From assembly GCA_041744215.1 (NCBI GenBank), contig JBGTLG010000041.1, positions 177,126-241,125 on the forward strand: a stretch of DNA of 64,000 nt. The letters run 5' to 3'. The DNA comes from Fimbriimonadales bacterium (GTDB lineage: Bacteria; Armatimonadota; Fimbriimonadia; Fimbriimonadales; ATM1). The notes under the pieces were generated by a model. It saw only the letters and a program-made list of their open reading frames with translations, did no database searches and was not told where the DNA came from. The position numbers and the translations under genes are program-made. Below, one piece after another: positions 31,159 through 40,393 of the stretch. The number at the start of each line of letters is the position of its first letter. Within the stretch, counting starts at the first letter, position 1.

Positions 31159-31887
31159 TCATTTCACGGTATGGCTCTTGAGGCGCCACGTGCTTCGCTG
31201 GACATCGGTACCGTTCGTCAGCGCCTCTACGAGACGAACGAGCCCGATTTTTGGTGCGAACCAGCTTCTCTGGCTCGCAATCATCCCGGAACCGTCATCG
31301 CGTAGGTACTTCTGAGTGCTGTCAAAGCAGTGAGAGGCGAACCGCTCAGTCGCGGCATCCGCCTCGAGGACCCCGCGATAGAAGTTCGCCCCCTCGATCG
31401 ACCCCATTACATCTGTTCCTGGCAGAGGTCCCCTCGAGTTGTACTTCAGCTCCGAGTCGACTTCGCCGCCCCAGTTCGCCCAAGGTAGCGGATCTGCGTA
31501 CGCCCGCTCGTTTGCTGGTAGGCCGATCGTTGTTTGGAAGATCCCTTCCTTGTTGACGAGAAGTTTCAACGCTGCGACCGCCGTCTGCTTTTCGTCGTAA
31601 ATCGTCACGGACCCTACCGTCCCCTCCGCTGTGTCCTCGACCTTTTCAACTTTGAACGTGCGCTCGAACGCTTTGTTGTCGACTATACGGCCCTGCTGCT
31701 CGGTCTCGACGTTCACGAGGTAGGTCCAAGCGTTGCCTACGGTGAGCGGGAAAAGATCGGCAGGTCCGGTTGCTTCGGTGGCCTTTACTTCCTTCTTATC
31801 CCCCGTTCGCCCCGGGGTTGGAGCAGGGCCGCAACCAGAGAGGACAGCGAGAGCAAGAGACGTTGATAAGAGAGTTCTGATTATCAT
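31159..31887 (-). CDS. Lipoprotein, DUF3108/TapB-like paralog 1
   Basis: LSGC lipobox; LFPLTVGNAWTY; WFAPKIGLVR. Confidence 0.7.
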   Translation of the reverse strand: MIIRTLLSTSLALAVLSGCGPAPTPGRTGDKKEVKATEATGPADLFPLTVGNAWTYLVNVETEQQGRIVDNKAFERTFKVEKVEDTAEGTVGSVTIYDEKQTAVAALKLLVNKEGIFQTTIGLPANERAYADPLPWANWGGEVDSELKYNSRGPLPGTDVMGSIEGANFYRGVLEADAATERFASHCFDSTQKYLRDDGSGMIASQRSWFAPKIGLVRLVEALTNGTDVQRSTWRLKSHTVK

Positions 31888-33017
31888 GGTTTGGACGCGT
31901 GGGTTCGGTTGATCAGGTCGACGGCCTGACGCGCTAGATCCTCTTCTTGGATGTTTGTGATGGCCGCTGTATAGTACATCATTTCGTGCTGGACGACCGG
32001 GGCCGCGATGGCGATCCCGTCCACAGTGAAGAGAAGCTGGCACCCGGGATTGCGGCGCGTGTACTGCCAGAGTCGGTCACGGCCGTCTCGCTCCAGGTTG
32101 AGGTTGATGGTGTAGCTGTCACCCTTTCCGTCAGCTTTCGCAACAACCTCCAGCCCTGCGCCCTGCAAGAGATCCTCCGTCACGAGGACGGTCACTCGCG
32201 ACAGCAGGCGCGTCGCCGACCCCGACAGCGCGTCCAGCCGATCGGGCGCGATGAACGATTCGAGCGACTGACGAACCTTGAAGCCGCCAGCCGACTCTTG
32301 CCAGACCTCCTCGTACACCAGGGCCAGAGTTCGCGGGTCCACTTCAAACTTCTCGCGAACCAGCGGGTGAGCCTGCACCTTGCGGACAAGCTCCGTAACA
32401 TATGGCAGAGTGATCGACGACTCCACCCTTTTTGAGCCCTCAGCCGACGGCACCTCGACGGCGATCGGCAGGCGGATCCAGATGCCCGTAAACGTCAGTT
32501 GGCGGCTGATCGTGTCGGCGGGTTCGCCTTCGAGAGTGGTGTTCAGGTCTGACTCGAGCCTCTTCCTCATCGCCGCGTCGCCGTCAAGCGCGCGCCGAAT
32601 GTCGCTCGCATTCCATGTCAGCGACTCATCAGGAAGAATCTGGTGCTCGATGCGATTGAGTGACATCACAAGCTCTTCGACGCCATCCGGGTTGCCCTGG
32701 AGCGACCCGACCAGCGCTGCCATCGGAATCTTTGCGCCCGACGCCCCAACGGGCTCGCCGCCTGTCTCCGCTCTTCCGAACCCCGCAGAGTCGTCCTGGA
32801 CCAGCTGAGCGATCCCGTTCGAGACGACGATTCTCTCGCCCGCCAACCGAATTCCCAGCAGGTTCACGTTTTGCGGAGGGATCGCCGCGAACACCTTGTC
32901 GCCCACGGAAAAACGGTAGCACGCCCAGTTCCCGGCGAAGTACGCGCCGAAGAGCGCGCCGATCACCAGACCGAAGAGGATGCCCCCGCGGAAGCGTTTG
33001 TAAATGCTCGTTGACAT
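31884..33017 (-). CDS. Membrane-anchored protein with C-terminal SecDF P1-head-like domain
   Basis: Single N-terminal TM; C-terminal INLNL..DG...LWQYTRRNPGCQLLFTVDGIAIAAPVV. Confidence 0.65.
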   Translation of the reverse strand: MSTSIYKRFRGGILFGLVIGALFGAYFAGNWACYRFSVGDKVFAAIPPQNVNLLGIRLAGERIVVSNGIAQLVQDDSAGFGRAETGGEPVGASGAKIPMAALVGSLQGNPDGVEELVMSLNRIEHQILPDESLTWNASDIRRALDGDAAMRKRLESDLNTTLEGEPADTISRQLTFTGIWIRLPIAVEVPSAEGSKRVESSITLPYVTELVRKVQAHPLVREKFEVDPRTLALVYEEVWQESAGGFKVRQSLESFIAPDRLDALSGSATRLLSRVTVLVTEDLLQGAGLEVVAKADGKGDSYTINLNLERDGRDRLWQYTRRNPGCQLLFTVDGIAIAAPVVQHEMMYYTAAITNIQEEDLARQAVDLINRTHASKP

Positions 33018-33224
33018 CTGAAATGCGCTCCTGCCGGCAGGAGCGATGAATTCTACTACGCCGGTCCGCCGCGAGCGGTTTGCCCAGTCGGCACACGCTG
33101 TGCCGAATCACCCAATCGCTCGAATCCTGGCCGGGCAATTGGCCCCAAAACGCCAGCCTTCGGTCGCGATTCAAGTGCGTTTGTTGTATCCTCTTAAGCT
33201 CGGCATTTCCGGAGAGGGTTGATC

Positions 33225-34586
33225 ATGACAAAAGCAGTACCGATAACGATTTCGCTGGCTGGAGCAACGTTCGCACTCGCATTGTGGGCGGCTACAGCGC
33301 AGGGCGGTTCCCAGCACACCCCAGCCGCGCCCCGCGCAATCACCTACGCAGGCGACGTCGCAGAGATCCTCTTCGAGCACTGCGTCGAGTGCCACCGCCC
33401 TGGGGAAGTCGCGCCCTTCTCACTATTGACCTACGAAGACGCGATGAAGCGCGCACCCCTGATCGCATACTCGGTCGAATCAAAACTCATGCCGCCGTGG
33501 AAAGCAAAGCAGGGATACAACGAATTCCACGACGCGAACGTTTTGTCGCAGGACAAAGTCGCCGCACTGCGAGCTTGGGCAGATGCCGGCGCGCCGATGG
33601 GAGATAAATCTAAACTGCCGAAGCCGCCCGAATTCTCCTCGGCATGGGCGCTCGGGGAACCCGACGCGATCCTCTCTTCGCCAAAGCCCTACAAGATTAG
33701 CGCTGAAGGCCGCGACGATTACCGCAACTTCGTCATCAAGACCGACTACAAAGAAACGAAGTGGATTCGTGCGATGGCGGTACGGCCAGACAACAAACGC
33801 GTGGTCCACCACGTCATTGCGTTTCTGGACGATTCCGGGCGCGCAATAGAATTCGAGAAAAGGCAAAACGACGGGCAGCCTGGATACTCGACATTTGGTG
33901 GCGTAGGAGTGGTGCCCAGCGGCGCGCTCGGCGGATGGGCGCCAGGGCTTCGGCCAAACGAAACACCCGATTACGCTGCTTTCGAGCTAAAACCGGGCAC
34001 GACGATCGTCTTGCAGATCCACTACAACAAGACAGGAAAAGAAGAAGTCGATCAAACGCAAATCGGACTCTATTTCGCAAAAGAACCGCCGAAGCAAAAA
34101 ATGAATCTCGCATGGCTCGCAAACATTGGTTTGCGCATCCCTGCCGGAAAGGAAGATCATGTTGCTAAGTGGCAAATGAGAATCCCCGCCGACGTAACGC
34201 TTTATGGCGCAATGCCGCACATGCACCTTCTCGGCACGTGGATGAAATCTCATGCGATAACTCCCGATGGCAAGGAAGTTCCGCTGGTGTGGGTCGAAGA
34301 TTGGGACTTCAATTGGCAGCTGCAATACCAGTTCGCCAAACCGATCAAACTTCCTCGTGGAAGCGTGATTCATGTCGAAGCAGGCTACGACAATTCTTCG
34401 GATAATCCGAGACAGCCCAGCGACCCCCCCCGCGAAGTGCGATGGGGCGAACAAACGACCGACGAAATGATGCTGCTCATCATTCCATACACCGTCGATG
34501 GAGTCGGTATCGCAGATAATCGCGATTACAATTCTCCGTTTCGCCCGTTCGGCGGCTCGCCCCTCGGTGGCGCAGATCGAAACTAA
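33225..34586 (+). CDS. Heme-c-fused PHM/DBM-like copper type II monooxygenase
   Basis: Signal peptide, CVECH, MPPW; HH, QIHY, PHMH and DEM copper ligands. Confidence 0.8.
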   Translation: MTKAVPITISLAGATFALALWAATAQGGSQHTPAAPRAITYAGDVAEILFEHCVECHRPGEVAPFSLLTYEDAMKRAPLIAYSVESKLMPPWKAKQGYNEFHDANVLSQDKVAALRAWADAGAPMGDKSKLPKPPEFSSAWALGEPDAILSSPKPYKISAEGRDDYRNFVIKTDYKETKWIRAMAVRPDNKRVVHHVIAFLDDSGRAIEFEKRQNDGQPGYSTFGGVGVVPSGALGGWAPGLRPNETPDYAAFELKPGTTIVLQIHYNKTGKEEVDQTQIGLYFAKEPPKQKMNLAWLANIGLRIPAGKEDHVAKWQMRIPADVTLYGAMPHMHLLGTWMKSHAITPDGKEVPLVWVEDWDFNWQLQYQFAKPIKLPRGSVIHVEAGYDNSSDNPRQPSDPPREVRWGEQTTDEMMLLIIPYTVDGVGIADNRDYNSPFRPFGGSPLGGADRN

Positions 34587-34625
34587 ATCTTCCGATAAGC
34601 TGCGAATGGCGAAAACCCGAAACAG

Positions 34626-35729
34626 TTAGAACATCCAACCGACTTCCAACAGGAATTGCGGATACCTTCGCTCCTGAAACCGACCCTCGAGAATCAGCTT
34701 GACCGCAGAATCTCCGAAGGGAAGCACAAAACTCGTATACGGCGAAATCATCGGCCGAAAACCTGGCGCATCGCGATAGTCGAGCCTCGCTCCGAATGCA
34801 GTAGAGAAAGAAGGAATCCAATCGATGCCCGCGCTAAGCCGCCACTCCGACGCTCCCTGTGTCGTCGCGTGCGAAAAGCCGCCGTCAAAGAAAAGATCTC
34901 CACAATTGTACTGCGCTGCAGTGCCAATCAAAAATCGTTCGTTGTTGCCCACGAATGCATGAACTCCAACTGATTGCAGCCCACGGGCCTCGTATAACTC
35001 TAAAAATGCGCCCTTTGGATTCGGCTCGAATTCGAAACTTGCAGTTGAGCGAGCTTCACTAGTAAGCGGAATGCTGAATTCACCAGGAAACGGAATGGTC
35101 AAGGCAGCATTCCACGTGCCCGCAAATTGGTGCATCGCTCTTATCGAAGGGGATCGACCAGAAAGCGAAAAGCCTCGCAACGATGTCTTGCGCGAGTTGC
35201 TTCCCGAAGTGCCGGGAAGAGAGGCCGAAAAGCTTGTAGGCTCGCCAAGATTCAGTCGGAGTGAAACGTCCAACTGCGACAGCGCGCGATACTGCCCGAA
35301 TTGTAGTTGAGTGGATTTGTTGACGTCGTAGGTGAAAAACAAATCTTCAAACCGACCGCTGCGGTCACGCTTGCTGCCAGAGGAAAGCACCTCCTTGCTC
35401 AGCGCGCGCCACTCAACAAAGTAAGACCACCTATTCGACTGCCCTGCCGAAATCAACTCGATCCGATTGGCTACTCCCCGAACCGTCTTAGGATCGTTCG
35501 GGACCGTTTGAGCCATTGCACTCAACCAAAACGAAATGGGTAGGACGTCCCGGATCTTAGTCCGCGGCGGAGAGTAGTTTGAATCCGCAAAAAGCTGCCC
35601 CTTCAGATTCAGTTTTGGCGGCTGCGTGTGACAGTCCGCACAGGCCATCTTATACTCGCGGGCGAATTGCGGAATCGCGCCTGCAATTACCGCCAGAAAC
35701 GTCAAAACAACAGCAATCGATCCTCTCAT
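34626..35729 (-). CDS. Cyc2-like monoheme cytochrome c-porin fusion
   Basis: Signal peptide, AIPQFAREY-x3-CADCH-TQPPKL, beta strands, terminal Phe (VGWMF). Confidence 0.75.
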   Translation of the reverse strand: MRGSIAVVLTFLAVIAGAIPQFAREYKMACADCHTQPPKLNLKGQLFADSNYSPPRTKIRDVLPISFWLSAMAQTVPNDPKTVRGVANRIELISAGQSNRWSYFVEWRALSKEVLSSGSKRDRSGRFEDLFFTYDVNKSTQLQFGQYRALSQLDVSLRLNLGEPTSFSASLPGTSGSNSRKTSLRGFSLSGRSPSIRAMHQFAGTWNAALTIPFPGEFSIPLTSEARSTASFEFEPNPKGAFLELYEARGLQSVGVHAFVGNNERFLIGTAAQYNCGDLFFDGGFSHATTQGASEWRLSAGIDWIPSFSTAFGARLDYRDAPGFRPMISPYTSFVLPFGDSAVKLILEGRFQERRYPQFLLEVGWMF

Positions 35730-35749
35730 GATGCCACCTTCAGGCCACA

Positions 35750-35779
35750 AGTGTATCGCATGCTACATTTCTTTGTCAA
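35750..35779 (-). promoter_or_regulatory. Sigma70 promoter of the cyc2-like gene
   Basis: Minus strand TTGACA-18 nt-TACACT about 20 nt upstream of ATG 35729. Confidence 0.65.
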
Positions 35780-35894
35780 GTCTCATAAAGTGAGCCTATG
35801 CAAATGTAAACGCTTGAGGATTTGAGGCCTTCCGCTGACGCCTTTTATCCCCCCTCCTCGTCCCTTCCAACGGAAGCCGCATACGGAGGTGCGC

Positions 35895-36221
35895 ATGGCA
35901 GACATAGACGGCGAACTGTGGAAACACAACATGGCGAAGATCACGATCGTGGACGTAAGTGAGGACTACCGCCATATGCTCGACCCGATGCCTTCGCACA
36001 TGTATCCCGTGGTCAAAGAGGTCTGGCTTCCCAAATACAAATTGGCCGAGCGCCTGCTCGAAGAAGGACTGATCACAGGCTACCAATACGACTGGCATGA
36101 GGTTCCAATGGGCCGGCACGATGTTGAGCACTGGTACGTCGGAGTCGTCGCCGATGCCCTCGCGGCAGTTTCAGACCTTGGTGCTGGCTTCCGTCCGGCG
36201 TTGGCAAATGTCATCCCTTGA
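35895..36221 (+). CDS. Hypothetical cytoplasmic protein
   Basis: GGAGGT RBS; host-like codon usage; 108 aa. Confidence 0.75.
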   Translation: MADIDGELWKHNMAKITIVDVSEDYRHMLDPMPSHMYPVVKEVWLPKYKLAERLLEEGLITGYQYDWHEVPMGRHDVEHWYVGVVADALAAVSDLGAGFRPALANVIP

Positions 36222-36246
36222 CGGAGGGTACAAAGTATGATAGACT
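36218..36246 (+). promoter_or_regulatory. Sigma70 promoter of the VKOR-DsbA/peptide operon
   Basis: TTGACG-17 nt-TAGACT with extended TG, followed by AGGAGAG and ATG 36266. Confidence 0.6.
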
Positions 36247-36265
36247 CTCAGTACCAGCAGGAGAG

Positions 36266-37447
36266 ATGGGCTTGATAAATCGCCTTGAAAGGTACACCAC
36301 TACTCCCTTCATTGATGCCCACATAGGTCGCTGGTGGCGGTATCGGCTCGCGGCATACATTTTGGGCCTCGCCGGGATTTTCGTAGCGGGGACACTTTCG
36401 CTGTCTCATGTCTGGCACGCTCCGCTTCCGTGCGGTGTTGGTTCTGGCTGCCAAACCATATTGAACCACCCCTCGTCCTCGGTTCTGGGGGTTCCAGTGG
36501 CAGTTTACGGTCTATTCGCTTATGGTCTGATATCTACGCTGCTCGGAGTTCAACTCTTTAGAGGCAGGCTGGGGACCCCGGATACCCTCGCCTACCTTCT
36601 TGCAGGATTCGGTGCCGTAGTAAGCCTCACGATGACCGCGTACTCGGTTGGTGTAGTCCGCCAAGTGTGCACCTGGTGCTTGGCTTCCGCAGTCATAATG
36701 TGTCTGTTGCTCTTTTGTATGGGACGGTACCATTACTTGAGTGCAATATCGAGTGATTTTACGGGACAAAATCGGGGGGGGGCTGAAACCTCGCGGGAGT
36801 GTGTTTACTGTTACCGCTCTTCCAGTCATAGTGCTGGGTGCCCTCGTATGGCGAGCCTTCACTCTCCCCCATGGGGGTGATCGTGGAGTTGATCAGTCCG
36901 TTTTATCAAACATTCCTCTCTCCGATCTGATAACGACAGACTCGCGTCGCTTTGGGCCCCTGGTGCTCCATACACCCTGATCGTCTTTAGCGACCTCGGA
37001 TGCCCCGCCTGTCATTACTACTGGCCGCATGTGGTGCGAGTAACAGAGGAAACCGATAGGCTCGCCGTCGTGCTGCGTCATTTGCCATTGCGTCTGAATT
37101 CTCCGGCATTTTCTGCGGCTGTGGCCGCAGAGTCTGATTGCTCAGATGCAGAATTCTGGCGGTTCCTGTGGACTGCGGCTCGGAATGGGCTGCATAGCTC
37201 GGAGGACTTCGGCACCGCGTTAAGAAGTATATGTGGCGACGGAAGCGAACGACTGTTGAGCGTTGCGGGTCAGCAGCGTGTCATGCGCGACCGCGCGCTC
37301 GCGGCAGATCTCAAAGTGCCTGGAACACCCTGGATGATCCTGATTGGCCCCGGTGACTCTTTTAGGCAAGAAGTTTCCATGGAACAACTCGTTGAGCTGG
37401 TGGGTGAGAAATCCGTCGCTTCTCCGACGAGGGCAGCAGAATACTAG
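36266..37447 (+). pseudogene. VKOR-DsbA fusion interrupted by two compensating frameshifts
   Basis: VKOR: CGVGSGC..IL..PSS.VLGVP, CTWC. Shift at G9 36774-36782, then a TM/linker segment in another frame. Shift at CCCC 36957-36960, then DsbA: VFSDLGCPAC, RHLPL, GTP. Confidence 0.8.
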
Positions 37448-37480
37448 ATTTTGTGACAGACAACACCGGAGGTAAAACCA

Positions 37481-37729
37481 ATGATGAAACCAAATGAAAA
37501 AATCGGCCGCAACCGATCATCAAGAGCGAAAATCCACGCTCTTGTGTGTGTTGGGGCGCTCTTGGCGGCGGTCGCCGCCCTCGCTGCTCCTCTTGCGCTG
37601 GACGAGGATCCTCTCCCTCCTGTTCCGTGCAGTAACGGCCCAGGGGCGACTTGCGTTGGGACCTGTGACAACGGTAACGTTTGTCACAGGCCTTCGAGCC
37701 CTGGTAACTGCACTTGCAACTGGAGCTAA
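37481..37729 (+). CDS. Secreted six-cysteine peptide precursor
   Basis: GGAGGT RBS 37468; basic n-region plus hydrophobic signal; C-x7-C-x3-C-x5-C-x8-C-x-C. Confidence 0.75.
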   Translation: MMKPNEKIGRNRSSRAKIHALVCVGALLAAVAALAAPLALDEDPLPPVPCSNGPGATCVGTCDNGNVCHRPSSPGNCTCNWS

Positions 37730-37731
37730 CA

Positions 37732-39801
37732 ATGAGTGGAAGATGGGCGCGATTCGCGGTCGCATTTGTGCTCGTGACTTGGCCGGCGCTCGACGGCCTT
37801 GCGACGCCATGCGAGTCCGTCCGCGCCCATCTACTAAGTTTATCGGATGATCCAAAGCGGCCTTTGCAGGCAGCTAATCCTCTCGCGAACGAAATTGTCA
37901 TCCTCGACCCGGGTGATGCGTCGACGCAGGAGATACTCGACAGGCTGGCGTTCGTGTTGCGTGCAACTTGGAAAGACAAAGAACTCCGTCGGGATTCAGA
38001 GGCAGTTCAGGCGTTGCAATCTTTGGATCGAGATGCACGGATAAGGACAATAACTGCATTCCTGAAAGAGGTGACTGTCCTTCCAGACACCAACAACGTG
38101 AATGCCTACGCGAGCGCGTTTCGCGCGTCGCTTGACTCAGCTGAAGAGCTTATCCGAAATGGGTACACCTCGGTCACACAGCCGAACTCGGCGCTACGGG
38201 TCCCAGCGTGGGACCATGTTCAAACGCCAGCACGAGTAACACTTGCCAGAGTTCTTACTGCGCTCGGCTCGGAGACGCTGGCAGACCTGCCTCGCTATGA
38301 AACCGTCGTTTTTTCAGATCGCCCCACGGCCGTCCAACGTGCGATGCCCGATGCGGCGCAACTGAAGAGTTGGATTGCGCAACTCGCTCCGCTTGGCGCG
38401 GAAGCAGTTCGCGACCGTCCCCCGGGCGAAGCCATAACCGATGGCATCGTTCTGTCAACTGAGAGGCTTGTCCAGTCCGTAAACCAAGGCGGCATTGCGC
38501 GAATCCACCTTTTTCTTACTCGGAGAGCGGATGAAATCACCTGTCTTCTGATGTTGTATGGAAGCCGAGGAGAGGAGTTGGGCATTGCCGGTCGTGCGGT
38601 GCTGCGAATCCCCATCCAGCCTCGTGGCATGCGAGTCGCGCCAGACATTCCTGACGTAGACGGCACTCTCCCACTCTCAGGCGCGAACCAGGAGTTCCAT
38701 CTAATCTCCGGCCTTGGCCTCCCAACGACTCCAATAGGAATCGAGCAGCTCCGACCGAGTTTCGAGTTTCAAGAGCGGATGTTTCGTCCGACCAAAAACG
38801 ATCCATTGGGCTTCGGCGTAAATGATGTGCTTTTGGCCATCGGAAGGCGGGCTGGGCTGAGGGTAATGGCGTGTGTCCAGGATTCCGCATTGGACGCATT
38901 TCGCGACTGCGTCAAGAGACAGGTTGTCGATTTCCTCGACTTTCTAGCCGCATTGTCGGACGAGCACGAAATCATCGTGCAAGACAATTGGTTGTTAGTG
39001 AGGCCCAAAAACTCGCTCGAATCGGAACGTAGCCGCATTCCGCGTGCCGCGTTAGAGAAGCTGATGATGCAGGCAAACGACCAGAAGCACCTCTCCCTCC
39101 GCGCGTGGGCGTTGCACCATTACGAGAGCAAAGTTGCGGCGCATCGTAATCCGATCGCGCGCACATACCGCTCGTTTATAAACCATCTTTGGCAACGTTC
39201 GTATCCTGTCGTTGATTCATTCGAAGGCGACGACTATCCGCTACCGGTGCTGATGTTTTTAGGGTCGCTCTCGGAAGCGGAGTACGAAGCACTGATGCAC
39301 GGACGAGCCAGTTTCGATCTAGGGGGCTTGCGGATCGATCAGCGTACGTGGATGCGTGAGATTCTAGGTTACCGGCACCTACTCTTGAGGAGGGATCCAA
39401 GCTCGGACGGCCCCGACTGGTTATTGACCGGTAGCGAAGCCGTGCCAGAAGTCTCCCTCAGAGGAGCGGTGTTGCGGTCAGACCTGACATCAGCGAAGGC
39501 AATCGTAAACCAAACCATGAGTTTCGATGCTATGAAGGGCCTACTGAATTCGCCGAACACGATTGAAGAAGTTTGGCGGTCGTTCGGTTCGTGGCCAGAA
39601 TTGGACGTGACCCTAGCCATGAACGGTAGATATGTTGTCGGCCATCAACAGTTTGTCAGGATCACGATAACTGCTCGAACAGGAATAGTACGGCATTTAG
39701 GCATACGCGGCGAGTTCTTGCCTACAACTGAGGCACTCGTGTTTCGTGACTTGCCTGAAGATGTGCGGCGGGCATTCGGGGGAAGCGACCGATCAAACTG
39801 A
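37732..39801 (+). CDS. Large exported hypothetical protein (~689 aa)
   Basis: ATG 2 nt after the peptide stop; signal-like N-terminus; long ORF. Confidence 0.8.
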   Translation: MSGRWARFAVAFVLVTWPALDGLATPCESVRAHLLSLSDDPKRPLQAANPLANEIVILDPGDASTQEILDRLAFVLRATWKDKELRRDSEAVQALQSLDRDARIRTITAFLKEVTVLPDTNNVNAYASAFRASLDSAEELIRNGYTSVTQPNSALRVPAWDHVQTPARVTLARVLTALGSETLADLPRYETVVFSDRPTAVQRAMPDAAQLKSWIAQLAPLGAEAVRDRPPGEAITDGIVLSTERLVQSVNQGGIARIHLFLTRRADEITCLLMLYGSRGEELGIAGRAVLRIPIQPRGMRVAPDIPDVDGTLPLSGANQEFHLISGLGLPTTPIGIEQLRPSFEFQERMFRPTKNDPLGFGVNDVLLAIGRRAGLRVMACVQDSALDAFRDCVKRQVVDFLDFLAALSDEHEIIVQDNWLLVRPKNSLESERSRIPRAALEKLMMQANDQKHLSLRAWALHHYESKVAAHRNPIARTYRSFINHLWQRSYPVVDSFEGDDYPLPVLMFLGSLSEAEYEALMHGRASFDLGGLRIDQRTWMREILGYRHLLLRRDPSSDGPDWLLTGSEAVPEVSLRGAVLRSDLTSAKAIVNQTMSFDAMKGLLNSPNTIEEVWRSFGSWPELDVTLAMNGRYVVGHQQFVRITITARTGIVRHLGIRGEFLPTTEALVFRDLPEDVRRAFGGSDRSN

Positions 39802-40329
39802 TTCGACCGTTATCTTGTCGTTCGAATAAACACAGATATCCGCTGAGATCAGAAGCGCCTCTCGCGCAATATCCTCGACAGACAAAGTCGTGTGAGCCAT
39901 CAGAGCACGAGCAGCCGCCAAAGCGAAAGGCCCACCCGATCCAATTCCCGCAACCCCTTCGTCAGGCTCGATCACGTTGCCATCACCAGAAACCAGCAAC
40001 AGCGCATCCGACGACGCAACGATCATCATCGCGTTCAGTTGCCGGAGAATCTTGTCCGTCCGCCAATCCTTGGCAAACTCCACAGCCGCGCGCCGCACGT
40101 TCCCAGCGTACTGCTCGAGCTTCGCCTCGAATCGCTCCGTCAAAGCCTGAGCGTCTGCGACGCTCCCAGCGAAACCGGCGATGACATTTCCACCTGGCCC
40201 TATCCGCCGCACCTTCTTCGCCGTATGCTTGATCGCGACACCCTGATCGCCAAGCGTCACCTGCCCGTCAGCGCCAACCGCAACCTTCCCATCTCGCATC
40301 ACGCCGATTACTGTCGTCGAACGAATCAT
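39793..40329 (-). CDS. hslV: ATP-dependent protease peptidase subunit HslV
   Basis: TTVIGV...[30 protein letters not shown]. Confidence 0.95.
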   Translation of the reverse strand: MIRSTTVIGVMRDGKVAVGADGQVTLGDQGVAIKHTAKKVRRIGPGGNVIAGFAGSVADAQALTERFEAKLEQYAGNVRRAAVEFAKDWRTDKILRQLNAMMIVASSDALLLVSGDGNVIEPDEGVAGIGSGGPFALAAARALMAHTTLSVEDIAREALLISADICVYSNDKITVESV

Positions 40330-40393
40330 CTCACGGAGTTTACCGATACGCTCGCCAGACGGGAGTGGAGTCGGTTAGTGCCAGAATCCCCGC

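Noticed and set aside
33225-37729. PHM-like enzyme amidating the six-Cys peptide
   Set aside because: The peptide ends in NWS with no C-terminal Gly, and the genes are in separate transcription units.
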